Of a stretch of 64,000 nt of DNA, positions 18,391 through 30,300 are shown in pieces (positions within the stretch are counted from its first letter, which is position 1; every line of letters begins with the position of its first letter). This stretch comes from Thermoanaerobaculia bacterium (GTDB taxonomy: Bacteria > Acidobacteriota > Thermoanaerobaculia > Multivoradales > J023), in assembly GCA_036397835.1 (NCBI GenBank), contig DASWIG010000188.1, positions 18,964-82,963 on the forward strand, written 5' to 3'. Under the pieces are notes generated by a model. That model was not told the origin of the DNA. It saw only the letters and a list, made by a program, of their open reading frames with translations, and did no database searches. A program made the position numbers and the translations under genes.

Positions 18391-21300
18391 CGAAGTCCGC
18401 CTCCGCGAATTCCTCGACCAGGCGTTCGAGCTCGTCGTGGCTCAGGTCGGCTTCCGAAAACTCCGCCGGGGCGTAGGCCGACCCCCCGGCCGCGCCTTCT
18501 TCGATCAGCTCGCCGAGCGCCGCGACGCCTTCCCGCGCCAGCGACTCGATCGTGCCGCGACGAAAGAGCAGGCCGTTGTAGGTCCAATCGACGCGCAGGC
18601 GTCCGGCGAGAACGCACCCGGTCACTTCCAAGGGACGGTTGTAGAGGCCGCGTGGGCCCAACACCTGCACGCCGTCGGCAACGGCGGCAAGCCACCCGGC
18701 CGAGTCCCCGCCCGGCACGTCGAGGTTGCCGAGAAAGCCGACGAGCACGTCGGCCGGCGGCTCGGCCCGCAGGCGCGTGGCGGTCTCGGTTTGCGGACGA
18801 AGGTACCGGAGCTGGCCGTAGAGAAGGCCGTCGCCTTCGAGCGACCTGAGTCGTTGCTTGACCCGCCTTAGCGCCTCGGTCGGCGACGTGTCCGCCCCCA
18901 GCTCCATGCGCAGTGGAAAGACGTTGCCGAAAGGCCCGATCGTCGCCGTGGTGTCAGGGAGGTCGAGGAATCTGCGGGATCGGCTGCCTTCGACGTCGAC
19001 ACGCAGGGCCGGAGTGGCCGACCGGCGTGCCAGCACGCGCAAGACCGCGGCGAGGAGCACTTCCTCGATCTCGGCCCGCAACGTCTCCGCGACCCGGCAG
19101 AGAAGCGTGGACGTGAGCTCCGTGCTCAGGTGAGTCGAAATCGTTCGGAGCGTGACGCCTCGCGTCCGGGAGCGCCGCTCCGGATGGTCGACCAGCAGAA
19201 ACGGCGTCGAGGCCTCTCGGTGCGCCGACTCGGGAAGCTCAGCCGACGGCGAATGACGGCTCACCTGTTCGGCCCAGCGCCGAAACGAGATCGGAGCCGC
19301 CCGTGGCGGGCTCGCTGGCGGAGTGTCCGGCGGACGGCAAACCCGATCGAGTTCCGCCAGCAGGACGGGCCACGAGGCGGCGTCGGCTGCCAGACGATGG
19401 ACGACGAGCAGTAACCGAGAGGGGCGATCGGCCGGCGATTTCACTCGGGCCACGCGCAGCAGAGGCCCCCTCGTCACGTCGAATCCGACCCTCGCTTGCG
19501 CCTCGATCGCCGCGAGAAGGCCGCTCCACCTCCCGTCCGGAACCGACGACACGTCGATCTCGGCAAACGGGCACCCGTTCCTCGAGGAGCTCGCGACTTG
19601 CCAGAAACCGGACACCAGCCTCTCGATGCGAAGCCTCAGAGCGTCATGACGGCGGGCAAGCTCCATCACCGCCCGCGAGATCGCCGCCGCTTCATGGGGG
19701 CGTCTCTCCTCGAGCCAAAGGGCGTGGGCGGCGCGCTCAGGCGCCGTCTGCTCCTCGAGCAGCGCCACTTGAGCGGGCGCCAGCGGCACTGGGCCGAGCG
19801 TGGTGCCTTGGTCGGCCTGGCCCTGCTCGCAGAGGCGAGCGGCGAGGGCGGCGATGGTCTGGTGCTCGAAGACGTGCCGGGTGCTGACCGTCAGGCCGGC
19901 CTCGGCGGCACGGGTGATGAAGAGGATACCCTTGATCGAGTCGCCGCCCATCTCGAAGAAGTTGTCGTGGACGCCGATCTCGTCGACGCCGAGGACCTCG
20001 GACCAGATGCGCGCCAGGGTTCGTTCCACCGCCGTCCGCGGCGCCACGGCGGTTTCCCGCCGGTCTTGGCCGAGCTGGTCGGGGGTCGGCAAGGCGCCGC
20101 GGTCCACTTTGCCGTTGGCCGATAGCGGCAGCTTCTCGAGCGGCACGAAGAGGGCGGGCACCATGTGCTCGGGCAGCTTGCGGCGCAGGAACTCCCGCAC
20201 GCCGCCGATCCACGCCGCGCGGTCGACGGAACCGGAGACGAGCGGAGCCTCCGCTTCCTCCGCAGTCTGGCCGGCCCCCGGCGCACGCACCACGAAGGTG
20301 GGCGACGGGTAGCGCACCCGCGGCGACTGCGCGGACGCAGCCACGCGGCCGCCCACGTGACTGTGGAGCAGGACGTGATCGTCGCCGAGGACCAATCGGC
20401 CGCGCAGGTCCTCGAACGCCAGGTCGCCGATCGGGCACAGACCCAGGCCTAGACCCGACGCCTCGCTCATCAGGAGCTGGCTCATGTAGCCCGCCTCCAG
20501 CAGGCAAAAGTCCCGGGCGCTTTCGCCGTAGAGCGGCCGAATGGCGCGAAGATCGCCGATCAGGAACAGCGCGAACGCCGCCTGGTCGAAGATCGGCTGA
20601 TTGTGGACGCCGTACAGGCTCCGGTCGACGCTCTCCCCCGCCTGCAGCAGGACAAGCTGATGGTCTCTGGCGTGGTGATAGTAGAGGCCGGCGGGGGCGT
20701 CTTCCACCGCGGCCGGCTTGACGTAGAGGTAGGTCTGGACCGGGTACAGATTGCCGGCGGAGGGATAGCGGTACTTCGGCAGCGGGAAATCGCCGAGCCT
20801 CACCTGGCCCAGCGCGCCCATCAGGCGGCTCAGAGCCGAGAAGGGGACGGTCTCGCCGAGGAACTCGCGATGGCTGCGGCGCGTGCCGAAACCTCGGGCC
20901 AGGGTCTCGTCGGCGTCGAGTTGGAGGAGCTGAAGGCCCTGGCGATCGTCGAGGTCCCGGCGCAAGCCCGGTTCGCTGAGCTTGAAGTCCAGGCTGCCGA
21001 GCGCGTCCAGGGGGCCCACCGGGCTGGCCGCAGGAGCCGCCGCGGACGATCCGGGCCCCGGCCCCCGCGGTCCCAGACGGGATGCGCAGGAGGCCGCGTC
21101 GGGGGCTGTGGCCGAATCCCGAGATTCGGCGAATTCGGGCACCAGGTAGGCAGCCAGTCGCTGCCGCGAACGCGTCCCGACCGCGGTCACTACGGCCGAT
21201 CGGACCAGCGGGTGAGCCTCGAGAGCCGCCTCGACCTCGCCCAGCTCGATCCGATGTCCCTGGATCTTGACCTGGAGATCCTCGCGGCCCAGGAACTCGA

Positions 21301-24300
21301 TCGTCCCGTCGGGGAGATAGCGGCCCAGGTCCCCGGTCCTGTAGAGGCGCTCGCCACTCCGCGGTTCGGCCACGAACCTGCTCGCCGTCGTCGGCGCGTC
21401 TCTCCAATACCCGAGCGCCAGACCGTCCCCGCCGATGTAGAGCTCCCCGGGGACCCAGACCGGACGCGTCCTGAGGTCTTGGTCGAGCACGTGGAAGCGC
21501 TGATTTCGCATCGGCCGTCCGTAGGGGATGCTCGTCCACGACGGCGGCACCTCTCGGACCGGGTAGAGGATCGACCAGATCGACGCTTCCGTCGCTCCTC
21601 CCAGGCTCACCACTTCGGCGTTCGGACAGAGCCTGCGAATCCGATCCGGCAGATCCACCGGTATCCAATCCCCTGAGAGGAGGACCCGCCGTAGGGAAGT
21701 CAGATCGGCCCCCGGAGACCGCGAAGCCCATTCGACCAGCATCTCCATCAACGCCGGCACCGTGTTCCACACCGTCACGCCGTGGGAGGCGATCAACTCG
21801 GCCCAGCGCTCGGGGTCCCGCGCCGCCGCCGGCTCCGGCAGCACCAGCGCGCCACCGGCGGCCAGGAGGCCGAAGACGTCGTAGACCGACAGGTCGAACG
21901 ACAGCGACGAGAGCCCCAGCACCCGGTCGGCGGGACCGATTCCGAAGCGCTCGTTGACGTCGTGCACGGTGTTGAGCGCGCCCCGGTGATCGATCATCAC
22001 GCCTTTCGGCTTGCCGGTCGAGCCCGAGGTGAAGATGACGTACGCCAGGTCGCGCGGCCCGCAGGCCGGCGGCGCGCCGCTTCCTTGGGCAGTCCCGGCC
22101 GCCGGATCGTCCGCGGTCACCGCGACGAGCTCGACACCCGGCGGCCATGCCAACTCTCGGGTCAGGCCGCCTTGCGTCACCGCCACCGAAATCCGGCCGT
22201 TCTCGAGCAGGAATTGGCGACGCTCGTCGGGCACCCGGGCGTCGATCGGCAGATAGGCCGCCCCGGCCTCGAGGATTCCCAGAACCGCCACCACCTGTTC
22301 CCATCCCTTCTCCATCACCACCGCCACCAAGCGGCTCGGCCCGACGCCCAGGCCCCGCAGGCGCTCCGCCAGGCAGCGCGCGCGCCGCGCCAGCTCGCCG
22401 TAGCTCAGGCGGACGCCGTCGGCCAGGACCGCGAGGTCTTCAGGCGACCGCGCCGCTCGGAGCATAAAGGGTGTCTGCAGGAGGTGCCGCGGAGCCGGCG
22501 CCGCGGTGGCGTTGGCCTGGTCCAGGACGGCCAGTTGCTCCTCGGGCACGCGGGCCGGCCTGCGCAGGCTCCACGTCGATTCCTGGTCCGCCAAGCGCAG
22601 CAGTAGGTCGTGGAAGGCGGCGAACATCGCGTCCAACAATCCGTCCGGGAAGAGGTCCTCGATCGCGTCCCAGTTGAAATGAAGTCCTTCGGGGCCTTCC
22701 GAGACCTGGTGATCGAGCCACACCTGGGGCGTTTGCGAGATGCCGTAGACCGAGCGGCCGTCCTGGCCCGCCGAGACCGTCTCCTCGGAAGCGCCGACCG
22801 CCGCCGGACCGCCGGTCTGCGACGGCTCCTCGCCGTGGAACAACGTGCTGGTGAAGACCACCGGCATGGTGGCGCTGGCGGTGCGGCCCCGGGCCCGTGC
22901 CCACTCCCGGAGGACGCTCACCCCGTTGAAGTAGCGGTGCTCAAGGTCGAGCCAGAGCTGCTCCTGAACCGTCCGGGCAAAGCGCTCGAACGTCTTGCCT
23001 CCTCGGGCGTCGACCTGGAGCAGGGTGAGAGAGGTGAAGTCTCCGACCACCTCGTTGACCTGGGGGTGGAGCGGCAGACGGTTGAAGGTCGTGACGTTGA
23101 TCGTCATCTCGGCCGACTTGCTCCACGTCGCCAGCCCGTCGGCGAACGCCGCCAGGAGAAGACCGGAGGGCGTCAGGCCGGCGTCCGCCGCCCGCTTCTT
23201 GAGGCGCGACCACCTACCGCGTTCGAGGACGGCGCGGCGGCGGCTGAAGCGGGGCCGGGTGAGCGTCCCGGGCCGGCGGGCGAGCGGCAGCTCCGGGGCC
23301 GGCGGCAGGCTCTCGAGGCGATCGAGCCAATATCGCCGCGAGCGCTCGTAGGGCGGCGAATCCCGAAACGCGGCCTCGGCGGCGACGTAGTCGCGAAACG
23401 TCACGTCGAGAGGCGGGAGCTCGGCGTCGGGGTCCTGGTAGAGCCGCATCAACTCGCGGTAGAGGATGAGCGAGCTCCAGGCGTCGATCAGCAAGATGTC
23501 GCTGCTCACGTGCAGCCGAACGCCTTCCTCGAGCCGGGTCGCCCTGAGCTCGAAGAGAGGCCAGCGATCGGCCGGCAGGACTTGGTGCGACATGCGCTCG
23601 CGGATCGCCTCGAGCTCGGAGGCCACGACGGCAGGCGGCTCGCCTCTCAGGTCGGCGACGGCGATCCGGTAGGGAGGGACGTCCCGCAACACCCGCTGGC
23701 GACCGTCCGCCAGGACCACCGCCCGCAGCATGTCGTGGCGCTCGATCAACCGCTGCCAAGCCCCTTCGAGACGTTGGAGGTCGAGGCTTGCCGACTGGAT
23801 CTCCATGTAACCGTGGGAGGCCACGTTGCCGAGCTCGAAAGCGTCGCCGCGGCCGATCCAATAGGCCTGTTGAACTTCGTTCAGACTGAAGGGCTCGAAG
23901 CGCCGCGCCCGATCCGGCTCGATCGTGGGGAGGGCGGCCGGAAGCGACGCGCTGCGTTCTTGCTCTGCGCGCATCTGATCGACGGCGGCGGCCAGGCCGG
24001 CGACCGTCGGAGCCTGGAAGAGCCGACGCAAGGGGACGTCGACTCCGAACGTCTCGGACACCCGGTTGACGAGCTGGATCGCCGCCAGGGAGTTGCCGCC
24101 CAGGTCGAAAAGGCTTTCGTGGGCTCCGACCCGCTCACGCCCCAGGATCTCCTGCCAGATCACGGTCAGCTCTCGCTCGACGGGAGTGGTCGGCCCGGCG
24201 TCGCGCCGGGTCTTCGGCGCGGCTTCCTCGGGCGCCGGCAATGCCCGCCGGTCGATCTTGCCGTTGGGGGTCAGCGGAAGCGTCGCGAGCGCGACGAACG

Positions 24301-27300
24301 TCGCCGGCACCATGTACTCGGGGAGGCGCCGCGCCAGGTAGCTCCGGAGGTCCGAATCCGCCGGCGCGGGCTCGTCACGCGGCACCAGGTAGGCCACCAG
24401 CCGCCGCCGGCTGCGCTCGGGGCCCATCGCGACGACGGCCGCCGAGCGCACGTCCGGGTGGCTCTCAAGAGCCGCTTCGACCTCGCCCAGCTCGATCCGA
24501 TGGCCCTGGATCTTGACCTGGTGGTCCTCGCGGCCAAGAAACTCGATGGTCCCGTCAGGAAGGAACCGGCCCAGATCGCCCGTCCGGTAGAGCCGTCGTC
24601 CGCTCGGCGAAGCCACGAAGCTTCGCGCCGTCTTGGCGGCATCGCGCCAGTAGCCCCGCGCCAGGCCCACCCCTCCGATGAAGAGCTCGCCGATCACCCA
24701 TACCGGGCGCGGAGCCAGGAAGGCGTCCAAGACGTGAAATTCCTGGTGGCGCATCGCTCGCCCATAGGGCACGCTGTTCCAGGACGCCTCCACCTTCCCA
24801 ATCGGGTACAGGATCGACCAGATCGAGGCCTCCGTGGCGCCGCCCAAGCTCACCACCTCGGCCCGCGGGCACACCGCCCGGATCCGATCCGGCAGATCCA
24901 CCGGAATCCAATCCCCCGAGAGCAACACCAATCGCAACGAGCTCAAGTCCACGTCGTGTCGGCCGTCCGCCCACTCGATCAGCATCTCCATCAGCGCCGG
25001 GACCGTGTTCCAGACCGTGACTCGCCGCGCCGCGATCAGCTCGGCCCAATGCCCGGGATCCCGCAGCGCCGCGCCCTCCGGCAAGACCACGGCTCCGCCT
25101 GCCGACAGCAAGCCGAAGACGTCGTAGACCGAGAGGTCGAACGACAGAGACGAGAGATCGAGCACCCGGTCGCCCGGACCGATGCGAAAGCGTTCATTGA
25201 CGTCGAGGACCGTGTTGAGGGCGGCACCGTGCTCGATCATCACGCCCTTCGGCCGGCCCGTCGAGCCGGAAGTGAAGATCACGTACGCCAGCTCGCCGGA
25301 ACCTCCCGGTTCGCGGCGGACAGGTTCCTGGAAGCTTGACGGATCCTGATCGCCCTCTTCCGTCACCACCAACGGCGACACGGCGGTCGGCCATTCCGGC
25401 GACTTGGCGAGCCACGGCTGCGTCACGGCGACGGACACCTCGGCGCTGGCCATCAGCTCGGCGCGGCGGCGTCGCGGCAAGGCCGGATCGATCGGCAGGT
25501 AGGGGGCGCCGGAATCCAGGATGGCCAGCACCGCCACGACCTGCTCCCAACCCTTGTCCATGACGACCGCGACCGGACGCTCGGCCGCCGCGCCCGCGCG
25601 GCGCAAGCGCGCGCTCAAGATTCGAGCGCGGCGCTCCAGCTCTCCGTAGCTCAGCTCCGTGAACGGCTCCATTCCGCCACGCAGTGGAGCGACCACCGCC
25701 GTCCGGTCCCGGTTCACCGCGGCCTGGGCCAGGACCGGCTCATGAAGCCTCCCGCTACCGGCGGCGTGCGGGATGGCCCCGCCATGGACACGCGCCCACG
25801 GCGCGTCGGCGGGCACCATCCGGCCGGCCAGATCCGGACGGCTGGCTCGCCACGCGAGGTCGTCCTCCGCCAGAGATTCGAGCAGGTCCCGGTAAGCGGT
25901 CAGCATGGCGTCGAGAAGGCCCGCTGGGAACAGCTCTTCGACCGCGTCCCAGTTGAACCGCAGCGCCCCCTCCTGCTCCCAGACCTGGTGATCCAGCCAC
26001 ACCTGGGGCGTCTGGGAGACGCTGTAGACCGACTCGCCGGAAGCTCCCCGCCGCTCGTCCCCGGGACGGTCAGGAGTCGCCACCGCGGGCATCGTCAAGG
26101 TGCTGGTGACCACCACGGGCATCAGAGCGCCCGGGGCGCGGCCCTCGAGCCGCGCCAGCTCGCGCAGCACCCGCACCCCGCTGAAGTATCGATGATCGAG
26201 ATCCTCCCAGAGCCGTGCCTGGATCGCCCGGGCCCGCTCCTCAAACCGCGCCCCCTGCCGGAGGTCCACCTCCAGCAGCGTCAGGGACGTGAAGTCCCCC
26301 ACGATCGAGTCGACCTCGGGGTGAATCGGAAGCCGGTTGAAGAGCGTCAGGTTGAGGGTGAAGCGAGGATTGCGCGACCAGGTTGCCAGGACCTCGGAGA
26401 AGGCGGCCAAGATCAGGGCCGAGGACGTCAGGCCGCAGGGCGCGGCCCGTTGCTTCAAGCGCTTCCATGCCGGAGCCGCGAGGCTCGCGGAACGGCGGAG
26501 GAACCGAGGGCGCTCCACGGACTCGGGGGCCCGGGCCAGCGGGAGCTCCGGCGCCGGGGGCAGTCCGGCGAGGCGAGCCATCCAGTAGTCGCGCGAGCGC
26601 CGGTAGAGCGCGGAGCCCTCGAGCTGACGCTCGGCGAGGACGTAATCTCTGAACGACAGATCGGGAGGCTGCAGCCGGAGGGTGGGGTCGGCCGCCAGCC
26701 GGGCGTAATCGCGGGCCAGGATGCGGAAGCTCCAGGCGTCCCAGATCAGCGCGTCGCAGCTCAGGTGGACCCGTGCGCGCCCTTGCGGCAGCAGGGAGGC
26801 CTTGACCTCGAAGAGCGGCCATCGGTCGGTGGCGAGCACTTGGTGCGACAGGGTGCTCCGCATCCGCGCGAGCTCACGCTCCCGCTCCTCGGTCCGCATC
26901 CGGCGGAGGTCGCGAACCTCGATCTCGTAGGCGGGCACGTGCTCGAGGATCCGCTGGGTGCCGTCGGCGAGGACGACCATCCGGAGCATTTCGTGGCCCG
27001 CGACCAGGCGGTTCAGAATGCTCTCCAGGCTCGCCATCTCGACTCCCTGGGCTTCGATCTCCAGGTAGCTGTGGGTCGCGACGTTGCCCAGCTCGAAAGC
27101 GGCCTGGCGGCCTATCCAGTAGGCCTGCTGGACATCGTTCAAGGGGAACGGCTCGAAGCGCCGCGCCGGATCGGGCTCGACCCGGGGCAGCGCCTCCGGC
27201 ACCACGGGCTCGATCTCCAGGGCCTTCTCGCGCAGGATCTCTTCGGCGAGCCCGGCGACCGTCGAGGCCTGGAAGAAGACCCTGAGTGGCAACCTCGCGT

Positions 27301-30300
27301 GGAAGCGCCGCTCAACCCGGTCGAGGAGCTGCGTCGCCAGGAGAGAGTGCCCCCCGAGCATGAAGAAATCGTCGTCGACTCCCAGCTCGTCGAGCTCCAA
27401 GACCTCTCTCCAAAGGGCGGCCATCGCCTCTTCCGTGGGGTTGCGGGGCGCCACGAGGCCGGCGGCGGTCCGCGGACGCCGCTCCTCGGCCAACGGCGTC
27501 GTTGCGATCGGACGGCGTTCGGCGATCATCGAAGCCACCGGCAGCGTGTAGCCCGAAAACCGCTCGACGATCAGGGCGTGACGCTGTGCTGGACTGAGCA
27601 GCGGGAGCTCCATGATCGGCCTGTCCGGCTCCGACAGCGCGGCGACCACCAGAGCCTCGAGGTGCCCCAGCATTCGCTTCGTGGTGGTGGCGGCGAAGAG
27701 GTCGATCCGGTAACCCAGCTCCAGGGCGACGCGACCTTTTCGTTCCGCCGCCGCCAGGGTGAGATCGAATTTCTCCGTCCTCGCGGCGACGTCGAGAGGC
27801 TCGATACGCAGCCCTGGCACCTGCGCCTCGGCCTCCCGCAGCGGGCTGCTGGCGAAGAGGAACATGACCTGGAAAAGAGGAGAGTGGCTGAGGCTTCGTC
27901 GCGGCGAGAGCTCCTCCACCAGCCGTTCGAAGGGCAGGCTCTGGTGCGCGAAACCGTTCAGGGCCTCGCGGCGCACGTGATCGACCAGGGCCTCGAACGA
28001 CGTGACTTCGGCGATGATGCTGCGCAATACCAGGGTGTTGACGAAGAAGCCGATGAGCCCCTCGAGCTCGATGCGGTCGCGGCCGCTGACCGGTGTACCG
28101 ACACAGATGTCCTGCTGGCCCGTGTAACGAAGGAGAAGCGCCTTGAAAGCGCTCATCAGGGTCATGAATAGGGTCGCTCCCCGTATCCGGCTGAACTCCC
28201 GCAGCCTGTCGGACAGCGCCGTGGAGAGCACTCGGGTCGAGCTGGCGCCGCGATACCGCTGCACGGCGCCGCGCGGGAAGTCGGCGGTCAGCTCGAGCGT
28301 CGCCGGCGCACCTTCCAAGCGCTTCTTCCAGTACTCGAGATCGGCCGCGATCCCTTGGCCTGCCAGCCAACGCCGTTGCCAGTGGCCGAAGTCGAGGTAC
28401 TGGATCGGCAGCTCCGGCAACGGAGAGGGACGGCCGGCCGACCGCGCCGCATAGAGGGTCATCGCCTCCCGCGTCAGAACCTCCATCGACCAGCCGTCGC
28501 TGACGATGTGGTGAAGGGTGAGGATCAGCGCGTGATCGTCGGGACTCAGCTCCAGCAGGAAGAGCCGCAGGAGAGGGCCTCGGGCTAGATCGAACGGCCT
28601 CAGCGACTGGATGGCCGCGATCCTCCTTGCTTCCGGCTCACGCGCCGCCGCGATCAGGCCGGACAGGTCCACGCGCGGCAGCGATACCCTGGCAACGGCG
28701 GAGATCTCCTGGATCGGGCGCCCCTCTCGCGAGGAGAAGACCGTGCGCAGAGTCTCGTGACGCCAAACGATCTCGGCCAGGCTGCCCGCGAGCGCCTCGA
28801 CGTCGAGACCGCCGCGCATCCGCAGCGCGACCGGGATGTTGTAGACCGCGTTGCCCGGCTCAAGCTGATCGAGGAACCACAGCCGCTGCTGTGCGAAGGA
28901 AAGAGGCTTTTCACCTTCCCGAGGGACGACCTCCATGGCCGGCAGGTCGGAGCGCCGGCCCGCCCGGTTCCCGCGATCGATCAGGCCCGCGAGCTGCGAG
29001 ACCGTCGGCGAGGTGAAGACCTCCTGGAGCGACACCTCGGCGCGAAAGGCCACGCGAATCCGCGACACCAGACGAGTCACCAACAGCGAGTGGCCTCCGA
29101 GATCGAAGAAGCTGTCGTGAATGCCGACTTTGTCGACTGCGAGCAGCTCGGCCCAGAGACCGGCCAGGATCCTCTCCGTTTCACTGGCCGGAGCCACGTG
29201 TCGGCGCCTCAGGAGCTTGCGCGCCTCCTCAAGGCTCGGCAACCGGCGGGTGTCGACCTTGCCGTTCAGAGTCAACGGCATCCGTCGCAGATGGACGAAG
29301 AGGTTGGGTATCGTGCCCTCGATCAGAAAACGCTTGAGGTGGCGGCGCAAATCCGCCTGGTCGAGCATCTGCCGGGACACGTAGTAACCGAGCATCACTT
29401 GGCGGCCCGCCCCTTCCTCGGTCACCACGACCGCGGCGTCGCGGATCTCCGGATGACGGATCAGGGCGAGACGGATCTCGTTGAGCTCCACCCGGAAGCC
29501 GTGGAACTTGACCTGGTTGTCCATCCTGCCGAGGAAATCCACGCCGCCTTCCGGAAGCAGCCGGGCGTAATCGCCGGTGCGGTACATCCGCATGCCGCCG
29601 CGCCGGTCGAACGGGTCGCAGACGAACTGCTGCGCCGTCGTCCCCGGACGCGACAGGTAACCCTGGGCCAACCCCGGCCCGGCGAGAAACAGCTCGCCGC
29701 TCATGTTCTCCGCCACCGGCTGCAGCGCGCCGTCCAGCAGGTAGATCCGGGCCCCGGCACCAGCCCGGCCGATCGGCACGAAGGCCCGGTCGTCCTCCTC
29801 GGGCTCGAAGCGGTGGATCATGCAGCCGACGGTCGCCTCCGTCGGACCGTATTCGTTGTAGATCTCGATCTGTCCGCCGAAGCCCTCGTGGACGGACCGG
29901 GCCAGGCGGCTCGTCAGAGCCTCGCCGCCCACCACTAGGCGCCGGATTCCACATGCCTCCCGGCGATGCTCCGTGAGCAGCGCCAGGTGGCTCGGCGTCA
30001 GCTTCAGCACGCTGGGGCGCCGCTCGGAGAGAATGCGCGGGAAGGGGGACTGGCCGTCAATCCAGGGATGAACGAGGATCGCTCGGCCGGCCGCGAGCGG
30101 CGTCAGGACGGAGGTCACGGTGAGGTCGAAGGCGAGCGAAGAATGGAGGACGAAGTCGAGGTTCTCGCCGCTCAGGTAGACCTCCATTGCCCATTCGACA
30201 TAGTTCGCCAGCGCGGCGTGCGAAACCGCCACTCCCTTGGGCTGACCGGTAGAGCCGGAGGTATGGATCACATAGGCGAGGTCGGCCCCGCCGAGCTCCG

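Noticed and set aside
18420-19780. Initial reading of the gene's last domain as a terminal condensation (C-T/X) domain
   Set aside because: The S-W motif order (DAASW), the E-type upstream PCP (GGDSIKGI), the GPVPLAPAQ start and the EGxxxx...TxGxF block fit an epimerisation fold better; re-classified as a degenerate E-like domain.
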